A stretch of 62,404 bases of DNA, counting the filler, from Asterionella formosa (Eukaryota), in NCBI GenBank assembly GCA_002256025.1. It is 8 parts of 8 records of this genome, joined end to end, with 100 filler letters (N's around TTAATTAATTAA, not from the genome) between each part and the next. Parts side by side here need not be neighbours in the genome. Positions count along the whole stretch, not along the records: positions 59,129 to 60,716 come from NKIB01001842.1; positions 60,817 to 62,404 come from NKIB01001843.1; 6 more parts are not named here. One strand, written 5' to 3'. A program made the translations under genes and the position numbers. This document shows positions 59,565 to 62,404 of this stretch, one piece after another. The notes under the pieces were generated by a model. It was not told where the DNA came from and ran no database searches. It saw only the letters and a list, made by a program, of their open reading frames with translations. Numbering within the stretch: position 1 is the stretch's first letter; each line of letters opens with the position of its first letter.

Positions 59565-60213
59565 GTTGATTGTAGGAGTATACCACATGAACTGATAGTT
59601 GGGTATATACCTGTTGTTTGTGTGATCGCTTATATGGGCGAGTAACACCATAGCATCGCACCATCATCATCAATCAGCCCAGCAGCCGCAACAAAAAACG
59701 CAAATCGTGCGTCAAAGCATGTGATCCCAACGTGCCTTCTTGCCTAGTACTAATCCATCCAATCTAATTGTAGAGCTCGGATAGAGAAAAATCAGTTCGG
59801 AGGATTGAGCTTTGGTGGATGCCTCCCTGAGCGACTCTTGTAAAAAAAATGGTGGAGCGAGGAGAAGGTTAGTCCATCATTGAGACTGGTGTCAAAGTTG
59901 TCGTAATCTTCCGAGTTATTGTAGTTGTTGATTGTCATTGCTGGGATGTTCTTTAACTATCCATATTCTTTCATAAACTTCCTGAAGTGGGTGTGGTTAA
60001 CAATTCCATTTGGAGAAATGCAATGATGTGAAATTATTTAGAAGACATAAACAAGGAAGCAAATTTTGGCAATGGAGTCTTGGTTTATTGTGATGATCTT
60101 GGAACCAGCAACATGTTCAGAGACTAGAACCATTTGGTATTGCTGTACTAGTGGAAGGAGACACTTGGAAAAGAAAATGTATCTGTCCCATGAGGTGTCC
60201 ACATCCAACAATC

Positions 60214-60381
60214 TTCCAATGTCACCATTCTTCAGGAGGACAAACTCTCCACAATGTATATTCATGAAAATTAAATTAAAAAATATAGTCTTTTTTGTGA
60301 CAGTAATCAATTCCAATTTCACCATTCTTCAGGAGGACAAACTCTCCACAATGTATATTCATGGAAATTAAATTAAAAAAT
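60214..60381. repeat. 71-bp direct repeat pair (60214-60284, 60311-60381)
   Basis: TCACCATTCTTCAGGAGGACAAACTCTCCACAATGTATATTCATG.AAATTAAATTAAAAAAT duplicated. Confidence 0.9.
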
Positions 60382-60816
60382 CCACCAGTGTCTCAACTGT
60401 TCGCATATGAAGGATTATGTAGCCGACATACAAAACTTCTACGTGAGGGTCGGCCAACTCGAAAAAATGCGGTTTTTATGAGTTACATAGACGTGATCAT
60501 ATACTCGGTTTCTGTAATTAAATTTTTAGCATTTAATATATTAATCGAAACCAATTTAACATACGCATATTCATTGGAAGCATGTACAGATCGCCAACTG
60601 CTGTTTCACATCGGCCGGCCAGTCAAATATTTGCTGGAAACCAAATGCAACAAGACACTATCATAATTATAACCTGAATAGAATAAATGTCGTTTGGTAT
60701 ACTTTCTACGGTTGTTNNNNNNNNNNNNNNNNNNNNNNNNNNNNNNNNNNNNNNNNNNNNTTAATTAATTAANNNNNNNNNNNNNNNNNNNNNNNNNNNN
60801 NNNNNNNNNNNNNNNN

Positions 60817-61827
60817 GAAAATTCTAAATTCACCATGGAGCCAGTTTTGTTTTCTCTTGGGATTTTCCGTACAACTGTAAGGAACAAAGTCATTGCTTGG
60901 CTTTCCCTTGGTCTAATACCAAAACTTGATGGTCAGAGTCTTGCATTGAACAAAAATATGACTGCCGACGATAAGTGCAAGGATTATCACACAATTTTGG
61001 CAATTATATTGTCGGGAGTTCAAGAGACTCAGAAATCTGGTGGCTTCAACTATAATTTCAATTTCCATGGCAAACAGCATAGCCTGGTTGTAAAGGTACC
61101 GGTCGGGTTGGTGCTTGGCGATGCGGAAGGATTGGACAATCAGTGTGGGAGGATTAAATATTACCTGAAAACTTTTCGTCTCTGTCGGGAATGTGATTGT
61201 TCATACGAAAAATTAGATAAACCATCAATCAAATGCTCTCCAGTAGGGCAAGTGGGTTATGCTGCCCTATTAGGAATGAATGACAAAACACTAATGGATG
61301 CCGTGTCACAACGTTTTATTACACCTTGCTGGTATGCGCTGGATTTTGGTGGAGATCCATTGGGAATCAATGGCCATTGCCCTCCTGAAAAGTTGCACTC
61401 AATACATGAGGGAATGATGCATTATCTCATTCTTCTGTTCTCGGTAAAGTTCGGCACTGTTACCTCTGCTCAGGGGTTGAAAAATAGAACCGCTTTTGAT
61501 ACATTGTTCATAAAAGTGTCAAAGATGATGCAACATCAAAGCGATCGGGATATGCCAAGGTGCAATTTTCATGGTGGATTCCATGGATGTTTTCCAAAGA
61601 TTACAAGAAATGAAACCGTTGGGGTAATGCTTGTTGCTTGTTTGGTAATGGCTACAGACGCCGGAATCAAGCTTTGCAAGGATGAGGTTGGAATGTCAAT
61701 GCAGGAAATAAAAGACATCCAAATAATTTTCGAGGGCATGGTTTGTTATAATTCCTGGTTCAGCCAAGAAAGTTACGCAAAGGCCAAAGCGAGCGTTGGT
61801 CAATGTGTACGACAGGGTCTCCAATAA
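60817..61827 (+). mobile_element. Plavaka-type transposase core fragment
   Basis: MEPVLFSLGIF..RN..AW..LGLIP, DYHTILAIIL, LVLGDAEGLDNQCG, CRECDC, CPPEKLHSIHEG and HQSDRDMPR follow the GD..C / CxxC / LH...G pattern of Plavaka (CMC-related) transposases. The 5' end is cut by the contig edge. Confidence 0.82.
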
Positions 61828-62404
61828 ATCAGTTCTCGACCATGCCCGGAAGCCTTCCGAAATCAAGAAAATCGTTCCTTGCGTCTGCAAATAAAAAGTC
61901 GGTGTCCGTGTCATCCTCATCAATAGAGAGCCAAGTTCTTTCGTTGGAAAAATTGGTACCGTATCCTATCTCGGTTTAAAAAAATCAATGGTGATCTCGA
62001 ACAGCCTACGTGCATCCCGACTTGGAAGAATTATCCCCATTCTTCCAGTTCCACTTCCTGAGAACACATATTTGGTTGTGGTTAAATGGAGACTTCGAGT
62101 ACTGCTTGATCAGCATCGTGACCACACTCACCGTATTTTACTTCGTCATTTCCTACAAGGTCATGTCGAAGATACCGTGAATGCGGACCTTGATAGTTTA
62201 TTGGACGTCATGTTTAGGAGACTGGAGTCAGTGAATTCGTCAACTTTCATTAAAAAGAAGGGCGGAAAGAAGATTGGATGGCATGCACTTGTTATTGATC
62301 ATAGCAATGTCAAGTTTGCTAGAAGCTTTGTTGATGAGGTTTGGCCTTCGAACCAATGTGACCGCATTAAACATCTCAACATTTTCTTACCAAAAGTTGC
62401 AGAC

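Noticed and set aside
1..62404. rRNA/tRNA genes, prokaryotic operons or defence systems
   Set aside because: No recognisable tRNA or rRNA sequence by eye; gene organisation is eukaryotic.

Overview
Eukaryotic nuclear DNA, most likely from a diatom. This is an inference from short GT-AG introns, bipartite signal+transit presequences with F/L at +1, a diatom-type Cys/His protein family, and stramenopile-type Crypton, Plavaka and Copia elements. The window is not one locus. It is a concatenation of 8 size-sorted assembly pieces (26086, 26087, 1589, 1589, 1589, 1588, 1588, 1588 bp) joined by artificial N44-TTAATTAATTAA-N44 spacers. Host genes include a plastid-type DegT/StrS aminotransferase, MRG/Eaf3, a DUF760+EF-hand protein, a PDZ-PX-VPS9 protein, CMS1, a START-like protein, calpain, a GT60 GlcNAc-transferase, an NFACT-R protein, a PUB protein and a PRKCSH-like protein. 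There is also a pseudogenised P-loop kinase/HAD/UPRTase fusion. Intergenic DNA is dense in decayed DNA transposons (Plavaka, Crypton, Harbinger, Tc1/mariner-like MITEs) plus a Copia pol fragment. The most striking signal is the pervasive TA-CCGG-TA / TA-CCAG-TA / TA-CCWGG-TA words that stack into GGTACC-rich clusters upstream of genes. Paralog alignments inside this window show these are discrete insertions at TA sites, consistent with accumulated excision footprints of TA-targeting transposons whose matching termini are also present. A second highlight is a Crypton-linked MITE family with a hairpin whose two arms co-vary between copies.
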